From Epiperipatus broadwayi (Eukaryota > Animalia > Onychophora): a stretch of DNA of 64,000 nucleotides. The translations under genes were made by a program, and so were the position numbers. The DNA lies in contig JAQFVV010000007.1 in NCBI GenBank assembly GCA_028023455.1, positions 13,268,001-13,332,000 on the forward strand. The letters run 5' to 3'. The notes under the pieces are model-generated. The model searched no databases and was not told where the DNA came from. It saw only the letters and a list, made by a program, of their open reading frames with translations. Positions within the stretch are counted from its first letter, which is position 1. Every line of letters starts with the position of its first letter. This document shows positions 14,721 to 27,304 of this stretch, in pieces.

Positions 14721-16595
14721 CCTCTACTCTATTTGCATCTGCTAAACTAGAGAGTGGTTCTTGTTTTATTATATATTATATGAGTTGAAAAATTAAAGAA
14801 TTTATTATTATTAACAATTTCAGCTAGATGTAAAATGTATTTACAGTTAATAAAGAATTGATGAGTTTGCAAAAATCTGACTTGGATTCAAAACCTTAGG
14901 TTGACTTAAGTTTTAGGGAGTTAGCTTAATGATGAAATGGAATTAGATGTATGGTTTCATTACTTTCAGCTTCAAATCCCAACCATCAGTGATGAAAACA
15001 GAAGTCAATTTAAGGATTAGAATTATAAATATAGTAAGTATTTGGTAATAATTAATTTTTTAATCTTACTATAGATGGCATTCCAGTAGGGACCTGCTCA
15101 AATTCTACATTGCATGAATTGAAGAATTAATTGATGTTATTATATATAAGATAGTTGATGTTACTTTTTTTTATTTGACTCTTTATACAACTTTCCTTCG
15201 TATGCATTCAGAATATAAATTGAGTGTAAAAAGTGATTATATATTCTCTTGGGTATTTTCTTTGTCAATGGGAAACTAATATGTTTATACTGTAGCATGA
15301 ATAATTTATAACCCACAATCTCATATAGACATTTTCTATATGAATTATGAAATGACCTGGTGGTTTTATTTATCTAATAATATTTTACAATTTAGTATTA
15401 TCCTGTGGATGAAAGATCTTGTTGTAAATATTATCACAATACATATATTTTTTTCTGTTACTCTATTGGTTTTTATATATGAGTAGTAATGTTTCTAGTT
15501 TCTCAACCATCTTTTTAAACCACGTTCGTATATTAAAGCATTTTTCTTCAGTGTAAGGTTATAAATCTAAATATGTGACTTTTAAAATAATCTTTTTTGC
15601 ATGCAGCAAAAAGGATATGGCAGGATAATTTTAACATTTTTTCAAAACTTTCTCCTTCCATACTGAAATAAAAAATGACTTTTCCCCTACACTGAAATCA
15701 TTTGACTAGTTTCTGGCATAATTGTTATAATTTGATCAATATTTTTACTTATTGTAATCAAGTTCTTGCCATATTTCTGATGCAGTGTCATTATCGTTAG
15801 TAGCCAATTGATTTCAATGTCAACTTCATCATATTTTTTATGAATGAAGATATTTTGATGTAAAAATATCTGTTCAAATATGTCTTAGTTAATGCTTTTG
15901 TTACAAATTTCTGTATGTGTCTTTAATATTTATTTAATCTTGGTATCTTTATATACAAATCTGTCTATTTATATTTTTAGAAAATCAGTTTATGGCTGAA
16001 ACTTTTCTATAATCTCATGAATACTTTGAAAAATTGATCCTTTTTTTAGATTTTTTATGTCGATGGAGTCCCCCTCCAAATATTGTTATATTGTTTCTAA
16101 TTTTGCACTCTTCTTACCCTGTTTGCAATTACTTCTCTATCTTTTAACATCCATTTTGATTTTTCCAGTTTGCTTTTATTTATTCATATTTTTGTTTAGA
16201 TTTTTCTTAAATTACTTCACTTCAATCTACAATTTGTCTTGTTTATTATTACTTATTTCCAAAACCTCAAATTCATTTTTGCTGTAATTCTAATGTCGAT
16301 GTATTTTCAAGATTATACCTTAGATTTAGGATAAGCATATATTTTTTCAGCTTCATTCCAATCATTTAATTGATGATTCTTTTGTCAAGTGCTCCTAAAA
16401 AAACTTTTCAACTGCAACTAATGTACCATATTGTCCAGTGCCAAGAAAGTAATTAATTTGGCTTATATGAACTCAATTTGTTGTTATTGTTAATAATAAT
16501 AGTAATAATAGTAGTAATAGTAATAAAGGGTTATTATTGTTCAATTATAATGCTCAAGCATAATAAGTAAGAAAACCACATATTATAAAGCTTAA

Positions 16596-16815
16596 CTCCT
16601 GAGACCATCCCTGCAATAAGCCACACAGGGCACTTAAAATATACTGCTACTTGAGAGTCTATATGAAGTTCAAACATTTAGACCTCGAGTGTCCACTACT
16701 AGATAGAGCTTCATTTCATGAAGTTTAGCTCCTGAGTCTATCCACGCATTAAACTATATAGGCCAATTAAAATATACTGGCATTTGGGAGATTGAAACAT
16801 TTAGACCTTGAGTAT
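16596..16815. repeat. Diverged tandem duplication, period ~133 bp
   Basis: ctcctgag at 16596 and 16729; ttaaaatatactg and aaacatttagaccTYgagt recur in both units. Confidence 0.6.
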
Positions 16816-17444
16816 CATGAATTAAAAACTGCACTATGCTTATAGATTGCACTTTCATTGTTTAACAATTTAATATGTTAAAAGGGTTGATTTTACAAGT
16901 GCCTATTAATTGTTCACTCTTTTACTTTGAGGTTTGTATTGACTAATACCATTTTGTTTTCAATTTTTTTTTTTCATTCTTAGCTCATTTCTAAGAAAAT
17001 ATGTATTATGTATACATGAGGACTGGAATTGACATCTATTCAATTTTATTTTATTTCCAATTCAAGAAAATTACCTCATTATTATATACTTCGATGTTGG
17101 ATTTCTAATTAATGTGTTTAGTGATATTAATTTTTGATTCTGCCTTGATCGGCTAAATTATAGTAAGTGATCAAAACAATAAATACTCAAACTTTGACAT
17201 CAATTAAGTCTCAGAAAAATATATGTATGCTGCAAAGGAATTAGTTAATTTTTTCGTGTAATATAGGAAACATAGCAAAAAGTATTAAACAGGATAAGTA
17301 GTGTTAGCATCTCATTAAATTTATTTTGAAATATATAATGCTAGAAAATATTGTCAAACATATCTGCATCTGGTTATGATTTTTTTTGCATTTGCTTAAG
17401 CTGTCGAAATATGACATTCATTGCAGTAAAGCAATGAATTTTTC

Positions 17445-18070
17445 AAAAGAAAAAATAAAATTGATAATGATAAGTTAGAAGAAGTTAACAACAAGTACTT
17501 TGTTGAGGTTATTACTACAGATGGAAACATAATGAATGAAATGAATCATACAATTAAACATGGTTGGAGTGCTTTTGGTAGGAATAACTTAACATTAAAA
17601 AGAAATATGCTCATGTATTTGAGAAGAAATTTTAAAATGTATTTTACCAGTTCTTGCACATGGACTTCAGAATTGGACATTTAACAGAAAAGCAGTACAG
17701 AGACTTCAAACTACTCAATGAAATATGGAGAGAAGCCTGTTAGGAGTAACTAGAAGAGATTGAAAGCAAAATGCTTGGGTGGAAGAATAAATAGGTGTTA
17801 CTGACATCATTGAAAAAATTAAGAAACTGAAGTGGGGTTGGACTGGATGTATTGCTAGAAGGAATGATAATAGATGGGCAGTTGAAATCTTAAACCGGAT
17901 TTCAAGAGATTGCAAATGTCCTAAAAGAGATTACATGTGATATGGAATGAAGTGAGGAGAGTGTTTTGATATTATGAAAAAAGTGGCTAGAAATCAGAGA
18001 AGATTGATTGACTTTGCAAAGACTTTTTTCTGCATTGGATCGATAATCATTGAAAATGATGATAATAATG
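17445..18070 (+). mobile_element. RTE-clade LINE 3' fragment
   Basis: IDNDKLEEV...ITTDGNIMNEMNHTIKHGWSAFG...ILPVLAHGLQNWT...MERSLLGVTRRD...KKLKWGWTGCIARRNDNRW, with stops; gatgataataat tail. Confidence 0.9.
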
Positions 18071-18176
18071 TTTACTATAGAGTTAATAAAAATGATGTCT
18101 ATAAAATTGAACTGTTAGTTGATTATTTTTCAGAATTATATCTTATGACATGACACAATTTTTAAACTTGTAAATA

Positions 18177-18482
18177 AAAAATAAAGAGCTCTCCTAATTT
18201 GCTCTAACAAGCTTTATTGATAAATGCCAGCTAAACAAAGCTTTAAAAATCTCTATCTTGAAAACCATTCTTTAGCCTCAGATCGATGGTTTCATGCTTT
18301 GGCACTCCTCAGAGATCTAGTGTATGAAACTACCCTAGCACCTCACTGAGAAGTGCCAAAGCATGAAACCATTAGCCTGAGGCTAATGAATGGTTTTCAA
18401 GATAGAGATTTTTAAGTGCTTTGCTTAGTTGGCATTTATCAATAAAGCTTGGTAGAGCAAATTAGAAGAACTCTTTATATTT
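18177..18482. mobile_element. Inverted pair (~135-bp arms) of HHR-bearing repeat, family G
   Basis: Arms are near-perfect reverse complements; each carries CTGAG(G/A)A GTGC caaa GCAT GAAA CC..GG/TC-like TGAGG (18276-18312 minus, 18341-18382 plus). Confidence 0.8.
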
Positions 18483-18558
18483 TACATTTTCTAAAATGTA
18501 TTGCCTAATAATGAAAGGAACCAAATGGTTTCTATTTAGTTAACAGCAAACTCCTTTC

Positions 18559-18561
<3 letters not shown>

Positions 18562-18645
<84 letters not shown>
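18562..18645. repeat. (TA)n microsatellite
   Basis: Uninterrupted TA run. Confidence 0.99.
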
Positions 18646-18650
<5 letters not shown>

Positions 18651-19086
18651 AATGTGTATGTGTACAAAAGTTTACCGCCAGTAATTACATTTCTAAAATT
18701 AAAATAAATTTTACACATATACCTAAATAATTATAGAAATGTTTGTGGTGTATATGCATGAGCCTGAATTACTTATTGTGCATATGGCACTATATTAGAA
18801 TGATAAAATATACTGAACTTTGGAATAAAACAATATTTTTTTTCAAAGTGTAGAAACTAGATTTGAAGTCAAATCTTATAATTACAGGATTGTGTAATTG
18901 TTTTTTAACTAATACGCTCAAGATTTATATCTAATTGCCTATATTCTGATATGGTTTTCCCCACTATTGATATATAAAGTGATGAAATATGATTTTGAAC
19001 TCAGACTTTCACACAACCCTCAACAATCCATGCTATCTCATACTGCTGATACACTAGATGACACACATATCAAAAAGATAAATAAT

Positions 19087-19132
19087 CACCAATATACATA
19101 TTTCATGCTAAACCAGCACTCGTCAGTTAGTC
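19087..19132 (-). ncRNA. Minimal type I hammerhead ribozyme, canonical core (family A)
   Basis: GACUAA CUGACGA GUGCU gguuu AGCAU GAAA UAUGUA UA/ UUGGUG: intact CUGANGA and GAAA, stems I and II pair, NUH = AUA. Confidence 0.8.
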
Positions 19133-19538
19133 CAGATTATCATCTCCACACATATATACAATCAAAACTCAGCTTATATTAATATAGTCAATCTTCATAC
19201 TTTAATGGACAGGCTTCAAACCACTCCACTTCACAACTCTTCAGCCATCCATTTCATTGAAAATCTGTTGATGGAATGCTCAAAGCCCACCTTAGTGTCA
19301 ACCTTCTCATCCTATCCATGTTAACCACAAGTCACTCTGACCCCTCATGTACCAGACATTATCCATTTACATACATAAGGTGAGCTTTAAGCATCACATC
19401 CATCAGATTTTTAATGAAATGGATGGCTGAAGAGTTTTTGGGTGGAGTGGTTTGAAGCCTGTCCATTAAAGTATGAAGATTGTCTATTTTAATATAAGCT
19501 GAGCTTTTATTGTAAATATGTGTGGAGATGATAATCTG

Positions 19539-19584
19539 GACCAACTGACGAATGCTGGTTTAGCACGAAATATTTCTATTGGTG
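19539..19584 (+). ncRNA. Minimal type I hammerhead ribozyme (family A), stem II/III mismatches
   Basis: GACCAA CTGACGA ATGCT ggttt AGCAC GAAA TATTTC TA TTGGTG. Confidence 0.7.
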
Positions 19585-20701
19585 ATTATTTATCTTTTCG
19601 ACATGTGTGGGATCAAGTGTATCAGCAGTATGAGATAGCATGGATGGTTGAGGGTCGTATGAAAGTCTGAGTTCAACCCCCCTATATATTACATATATAA
19701 ATGCAGGTATGAAAAAGCTTGTAATGTAGAAAAAAATCATATTTCGAAATATGATTTTGTAAATCTTTTATAATTTTTTCAAAACGCGAGCTTTACTGCT
19801 ATGTAGTAATTATTTCTCTCTCTCTTAACCTTAATCTTAGCCACATGTATTTTCTCTTTTTCGTCATTATAATAAAATACCAAGAATACATATAAACGTA
19901 ATTATAAAAGCGAAATATATTTACATTTCAATTATATTCCGTTGTCTACTTTTTATTTATTTATTTACGTTTTAATCTTGAATGCATTTCCTGCTGATTC
20001 ACTTTGCAAAAGACATTGTAAAAAGAAAAAAAAATAATTAATTCAACCAACCTGGTTGGGAATAATTGGACTTTTTTAGCTATGTCAGCAAGTGAAGTGC
20101 TGTATCAACAGTGGAACATTGTTGTCATGGCTGGCGGTCTGTTAGAGTGGATTTTACTGTTTGATCCTAAGATCTCGGCAGCTAGGAGGATGTCAAGATA
20201 GGAGAAAGTACATGACTCGCACACAAATAGCAAGATTACTATTCACTGCATGAAAATAACCTGATCAAAGACTTAGCTTCCATGTTCAATCAAAATATAT
20301 TTACAAAATCAAATTATGCATGCATTTATGTACATATATATTTATAGCTATATGCATACACACATGATTTACTGGAATTGAGATAACTGACTCAAAAAAT
20401 CCATGTTCAAGCATTTAAAAAATCTTATACATGTGAAATACCATTTTTCTAAAATAGTTTATGATTTTGTATATCACTTTGTGAATATATATATATATGC
20501 TTGTTATTGTGTGTGGATGTAAATAAACTAGTACTGATTACATTTTATACATATATATTTGAATATAATTTTTAAATATAAATCTTTATATATGTAACTG
20601 AAAATTATTTTTGATATCTGCATTTAAAATTTCTTAAAAGAAATATATTTATTCATTGGTCACAATACATTAAAATGTTTTTTTTTTCAAATTTTTGTCA
20701 G

Positions 20702-20755
20702 CTTTCTTATCCCAACACCAGCATCACTGAAATTCAAAACATCGTCTCTCATGGT
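20702..20755 (+). CDS. Possible 54-nt coding exon (LSYPNTSITEIQNIVSHG), unassigned
   Basis: Pyrimidine tract plus cag acceptor, open frame, gtatgt donor; no recognisable homology and could be chance. Confidence 0.25.
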
Positions 20756-20837
20756 GTATGTATGTTTAATATTAACAATTACTCATCAGGTAAGTTAGAA
20801 GTATTAAGCACCTGAATCACATTAGCAACTCTCTTAT

Positions 20838-21120
20838 TACAGTAGTCCCTCACAATGGAAGTCATAGTAATCAATGGATGCTAATTTCTATTTACTACCT
20901 AATCATCAAAAATCTCCAGACCAGTTTCTAGCTTATGGTTTTCATGAGAGAGGAGCCTTGATTTGAGAGCACTGCATCTAGATCTTTGGACAGAATGCAA
21001 CCCATCAGCAATCATTTTTATCTTTATAATTAACTATAAACCTATGCTCCCAAACTGAAAACTCAATAATGTTACCAATCCAGGCTAATTTGTCTATAAT
21101 TTAAATCCAATTCAGGACCT
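20838..21120 (-). mobile_element. Family B HHR-bearing repeat (HHR relic 20913-20954)
   Basis: Aligns with 44290-44590; minus: UCCUCU CUCAUGA AAACC auaa GCUA GAAA CUG GUC UGGAGA. Confidence 0.75.
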
Positions 21121-22486
21121 CTACATTTTGGTGTCTTTATTTTTTAAATAATCATAGTCACACATCTTCTGACCAGGAAGAATACCAAACCATTAAATGG
21201 TTTCATGTGATGTGTTAATGGTTTGACACCTGAATCGCCATATCTGTTGTGTTAGTTTAATACTTGGATATCATTGTATTCTTTTGCAAGGTAGCGAATG
21301 ATATCTATTTACTTTTGGTTCTTTGAGAAAGAATGGCTAATCATCAAATTGTGTAAAATATTTCAAATTTTAAATCATATTAATTTTATTTCTTCTGATA
21401 ACAACCATTCTCTCTCACTATATTTTATTCATTATTCTAGTTTTATATGCTTGCTGCTATATACACCTCAATAACATTGTTTCTAGTTGATTTTAAAATG
21501 GGTAGTGATGAAATATATTGGAGCAACTGGCAGTACACTGTTTTCCATTCATAATTCATATGTAACATATTTAGTTACAAATATATTAAAATAAAAATCT
21601 ATAAGTATATTTTGTATTAACAATAATCCCAAAAAAGTATCAGCACTCATCAAAGAATGATTTATCTCCATCAAGTACTGTAAGCTGCATTACATGGTAA
21701 TAATTTGTTATTTTTATAATCATTATATTATTAGCCATGTGATTAATCCAGATGTTTATACCTTCTAATATTTGTTAATACTCAAAAAGCAACCAATAGT
21801 GTATGGAATTAGTAGCTGTCATTATGGTCTTGTGATTGTTATGATATGTGAGACTATTTCCACCATCTATTACTATGTTCTAAATGATTTTACAAAAATT
21901 CAAACTTGATTGGAACTTTTCAGAAACATTTGACTGTTAATAATTACACATAGATTAGTATAAAACACAATGTTTTGAATAGTAGATATTCACCTTTTTT
22001 GTCAAGTTTTGACCTGACTAATAACAGTATTATCAAACGCATATAATATTTGACCCTGTCCAGCAACACTTGAAGATGAGATGATATTAATACCATTTGA
22101 AACATTGTAATATGTTTTAATCTGTATCCTATTATTAACAGTTAAACTTATTTGAAAAGTTTAAAGTTTGATTTTTTTAGTTGATGGAAATATTCCAACA
22201 TATAATTACAACTACATGGAATTAGTTTTATTATGGAGTAGCATTTTGAAATGAAAGATTATGTAGATGTAATTTTCTGCTTTATAGAGTCAGAAAGAAT
22301 TTCAGATTAGAGGAATGTAAATGAACATCCTAATAAAAAAAAAAGAGGAAGTATGGAGATTATTTTAAAAAAAATATGTAAATGGTTTTTGTAGGAATTA
22401 ATAAAAAGTTTGGGCATACAAGAAGAATTGAACTAGGCTATGTTACAGGGTATACTACAAGAACTGAATTATATTGTTACTAGTGT

Positions 22487-22585
22487 ATATATAAAAGACA
22501 TATTTTGCAGGTTCTTCCGTGTTAAAAAATGTAAATATTGATATACCGACATTTCAACTTGATCACACAAGTCATCTACTGGATG
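22487..22585 (-). mobile_element. Second family D copy with HHR-like motif (22544-22585)
   Basis: Aligns with 4760-4858; minus: AUC CAGUAGA U GACUUG ugugau CAAGUU GAAA UGUC GGU. Confidence 0.7.
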
Positions 22586-22707
22586 ATATATATATAGCTA
22601 AGCTTGTGATAAGTTGATGAGTAAATAGTAGATATCACTATTGCTTACCATTGAGAAAAAAATTTTTAAACCTAACATGGTTCATGTATGTCAAAAACAT
22701 ATTTTAA

Positions 22708-22982
<275 letters not shown>

Positions 22983-24620
22983 AAGTTTACTTACAATTTG
23001 TGTCAACAGACACAAATATATATAAAAAAAGAAACTAAATCAATGTATTTAACAATATAGTTCACAAATATATAAATTATTACATGAAAACAATTTCTAT
23101 AAGAAATAAAAAGCAATATTGCATCAATGCCCCATAGACATTAATAAAAAATTTGTGAAAAGCAAAAAATATATTTCAAAGTTGTATGAGATCATATTAA
23201 ATATTTTATGACAAATTAAAGATAATAAACATATTGTAACTAATATAAGAGAAATAATCATAAGTAGAAAGATAATAGAAAAGATTTATTAAAAAGCAGT
23301 AATAACATTAAATCATTCATTGTTAACATCAGTTTAAAAATGTCTTCAAAAATGAAAAATAGATAAGAATGCCTCTGAAATAATTGTTTTCTTAAATTGA
23401 TAGTATTGTGTCAGAATTTCACAGAAAACTAAAGAATAGTCAATGTAAAATTAATATGCTTAAAACATTGTAGTCTGAAATATCAGTAAAAAAATATGTG
23501 TAGGTGGAGGGATGAATTAAGTTTTATTTGTTAAAGTGTACAAAAACATTCTAAAAATGATTTAAACAACTCTCATATGTTCATATGTTCATAGATATTT
23601 TAAAAAGCTGCCTAATAACAGTGATCATTGGCCATATATTGTCAGCAACTGAAAAGTCTGAAAATTGACAAAGGAAGCAACAATTGGAGAAATTTGCATT
23701 GAGTCTATGCAGTTTCAGTAATCACAAACATCACTTTTAACATTATTAGCATTTTAACAAATATAGATCCAGTTAAGGATGAATGTTTTTCTGACATTAT
23801 TCTCTTTTTATTTATTTATAGCTTGTTTTTTTTTTCTTATACCTTCATCATATAACTCATGATCTGTTAAGATATCATAAAATCGTGTGAATTCCAGTTT
23901 AGGACTTTAGTTTTCCATCTTTCTTCCATTTCTCCTGTCCCTGTTTATTTTTATCTTTTAACTCTCTTAATTTGCTAGTGACATCTGGTTATTTCTCTTT
24001 TAGTTGTGATTTCTTCTTTAAAATATGTTATATTTGCACTACTTACTATTTGAATAATGATCTTTTGTCTAATTTTAAGTTAATTATTTTAGTAACTTTA
24101 TGTTTTCTGTTATGTATTATGATGAGCTAGCATATGAATTCAAGTATAATTCCCTTTTTTTGCACATTTAAGTACAGTGGTAAAATGCCAGATTCTGGAA
24201 AGTAAGGTCTTCAGATCTATTCCAGTTTTGGTACTTCCAGAAATCAAATTTCTTATAAAACTTTGAGAAAGAAAGCCATTCAGTTGTTATTATTCCAAAC
24301 ATATTTATGTTTTATAAAAATTTCTATAGACATATGTTATCATGATTATAGGCTTGTGAATAGAAGATTTGTATGCTTACTTGGATATGTGGATTGGCAG
24401 AAATTTGAATTTAGCAAGAAAGCACTTATTTGATTGACAGATCATAATGTTTTACTGCTATCACTATTAACTTAATTGTATTTTCCTTCAAATCTTTTTT
24501 TAAAAAAGGATTATGTAGTATGTTTTGCTGTAAGAAAGCAATATTTTGCAGGTAATAAATAGTTGAGATAGAACTAAAATAATATGCCAAAAAATTATTG
24601 CATTTATTTACAGCAACAGC

Positions 24621-24729
<109 letters not shown>

Positions 24730-25339
24730 TTATGAGAATTCACCATCCATTATGGTTTACAATGTTATAAATGTGTAGTTTCTGATAACAAGAATTAGAT
24801 AATTCAAGAAATATTGTGACTTATTCTAATTAATCTAATTCTTCCAGCCAGATTAAAGCTTTGTTCATAAATAGTCTGATATTATTCACTACTAGCAGCT
24901 TTACTCTGAACAAGAGCATGTCTAACTACATTCAGCAAATTCTGGACAATGTGTGTTATTGTAAGAGCAATTGTTGATTAATTAATTTCTGTTTGGAGTG
25001 CAATCCAGTAACACTAATAGAATAGATTTTACTTTTACACCCATCTCCTCTACCTTATTGTTAACAATCAGATTCATTTACCTTGTTATGTGATTGGCTT
25101 ATTTATAATATTGGTTATTTGTTTACATTATTATTGTTTCATTAATCATCTCTACTGTGTTCTATTCTGATCAAAATAACAATAATTGAAGACTTCTTTA
25201 TTGAGGGCATGCTTAAGATGGTCCAACAGAAAGGTTTCTAAATCATTACAGAATAATTTATATTATTACTTATGTAATAGCTAATAATAACTTTTGAAAT
25301 GTGTTATTATACAAAAAAAGAGGTGTATACATAATTTAC

Positions 25340-25853
25340 ATAAATCAATTAAATCAGCATTTATTTTTTATAGCGTCTGTATACAATTGTAATCACATTC
25401 ATATCAGCTTTTTTCAAACCAAATTGTGCAAACGCTTTATGCGAGTGTTAAATAATAAATGAATAACCTCTGACTCATACAAGATATAGAATTTATGCAG
25501 CAATAAAAGGAATCCTCTTATTACTACGACTCAAATATTTATATATGAGCAAATCTGAAGTACTGGCACAGAAGGTGTGACTATAGAACAGTCACTTTTA
25601 AATTACTATATATAACTTACGAATGAATGACGCCGATGAAATTTACTAGAATTTACTGAACGTCATTCCAACTGAAATTAATCACATATATAAATCAGCA
25701 TTTATTTTTTATAGTGTCTGTATACAATTGTAATCACATTCATATCGGCTTTTTTCACACCAAATTGTGCAAACACTTTATTTAACACTCGCATAAAGCG
25801 TTTGCACAATTTGGTTTGAAAAAAGCCGATATGAATGTGATAAATCAATTAAA
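25340..25853. mobile_element. Young TSD-flanked element: 341-bp unit, partial tandem repeat and inverted segment
   Basis: ataaatcaattaaa at 25340-25353 and 25840-25853; unit start taaatcagc at 25350 and 25691; 25781-25840 is an inverted copy of part of the unit; many CpGs retained. Confidence 0.75.
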
Positions 25854-26025
25854 GTATTTCTGCAATACAGGTAGTTATGTAATTGATTTATAAAAGGTAT
25901 TATAATATCTACTAAATGTTTTAAACACTTATTCACAGAAGATACTATAGTTTTAAAAATTATTTTATTTGCTTAGCATGCTTTTGACAATTGTTGGCAT
26001 ATTTCTGAAACTTATATACATATAT

Positions 26026-26180
26026 ATTTACTAGATAGAGCTTACCACTAGCTCCAAAACAAGCTTTAATTATGAGTGCCAACAGAGATGAGGATTTTCC
26101 AATAGAGATTTTGAATTTTTCTCTGTTGACACTTATAATTAAAGCTTGTTTTGGAGCTAATGATAAGCTTCATCTAGTGA
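26026..26180. repeat. Inverted repeat / hairpin (~60-bp arms) upstream of a PLE fragment
   Basis: gcttaccactagctccaaaacaagctttaattatgagtgccaacagaga versus tctctgttgacacttataattaaagcttgttttggagctaatgataagc. Confidence 0.85.
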
Positions 26181-26189
26181 ACATTTTAG

Positions 26190-27060
26190 CACAATTTTTG
26201 TGTCTTGTTTTATTAATTAATATATACATACCATATAAATCAAGAATTCCAATGTCACATAAAATGACAGGTTTAAAGTTATTATTATTTAGAAATAATA
26301 GTCTTTGTATATATTCATCGGATAAAGCTAAAAATATTGAAATGTATTCGAACAAATTCTTAAATGTTGGCTACAATTATAATCATATATATAATGTTAT
26401 TAAAAATTTTAATATGAAATATAAGAATAAAAATATTAATAATAATATTGATTTTCCTGTTAATAAAAAATATGGATATCAATACCATATACTTTAAATG
26501 ATCAAGTAAATTTAATAAGGAAAATTGATAAAGGTAAATGTGACATTGCATTTTGTGCACCTGCTACATTAAACAAATTAATAAATAACTCTAAAGATAA
26601 AACCTCATTTATAAATAAAAATTGCATCATTTATAAATGGATATGTAGATGTGGTAAAGAATATATAGTGGGATCAGAATGCACATTGAAAAAAAAGAAC
26701 TAAAGAGCACTTGCTGTTATTAAAAAGGGTTCAGAAAACAAAACAAAATTGCAAAGTAAGTAATGTTTCAGCATCCATTTTTATGACCATAATAAGTCAT
26801 GTATTGATGTTTTTAACTTCAATTATAACAATGTAAAAATCTTGCAAATTGGAAAAAATAACAACAAAAGGAAAATAAAGGAAGCTATGCTAATATACAA
26901 ATACAAACAAGACTTAATTAACAGACAGGCAGAAAATGGTAAAATCAAGGAATTGTGGGAAGGTTAGCCTTTAAAAGTGTTAGTTGATAAAGACTATGAG
27001 GATAGTTGAAAGTTCTCCTAAGTGGATAAAAAAATTTTAAGTTATACTTTACATATATCT
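26190..27060 (+). mobile_element. Penelope-like element fragment: RT thumb, GIY-YIG, 3' tail (family C)
   Basis: IPYKSRIPMSHK...RNNSLC...NVGY; ISIPY; IIYKWICRCGKEYI...KEH; FNFNYNNVKILQIGKNNNKRKIKEAMLIYKYKQDLINRQAENGKIKELWEG*. Confidence 0.9.
26980..27021 (+). ncRNA. Hammerhead ribozyme variant with U3-A8 core (family C), structurally intact
   Basis: TTAG TTGATAA A GACTAT gagg ATAGTT GAAA GTTC TC CTAA: stem I TTAG/CTAA, 6-bp stem II, GAAA, CUC triplet. Confidence 0.75.
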
Positions 27061-27097
27061 AATTACTGTATTTATAAATATTTAATTATAAGATTAC

Positions 27098-27136
<39 letters not shown>

Positions 27137-27304
27137 CTTATAATTATATATTGTGCCTTATGCTATTTTATTCAAATGTTCCATTTTCTTGCTATTTGGA
27201 CATATGGCTCTTCTTTATTTATCATGTAGGGGTTTTTCACAGTGATCCAGGCCTGTTTAATCATATATTTTTCTTTTCTTTTTTTTTTGCACAAAATATT
27301 TTGT

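Larger units (their letters stand above)
18995..19677. mobile_element. Inverted pair (~300-bp arms) of family A PLE-type 3' end
   Basis: 18995-19293 is the reverse complement of 19378-19677; spacer ~85 bp; each arm has an HHR. Confidence 0.85.

Noticed and set aside
25621-25670. CCGATGA...GAAC GTC as a hammerhead
   Set aside because: Stem I and stem II do not pair in the required register; better read as a simple gaatgacg/cgtcattc hairpin.
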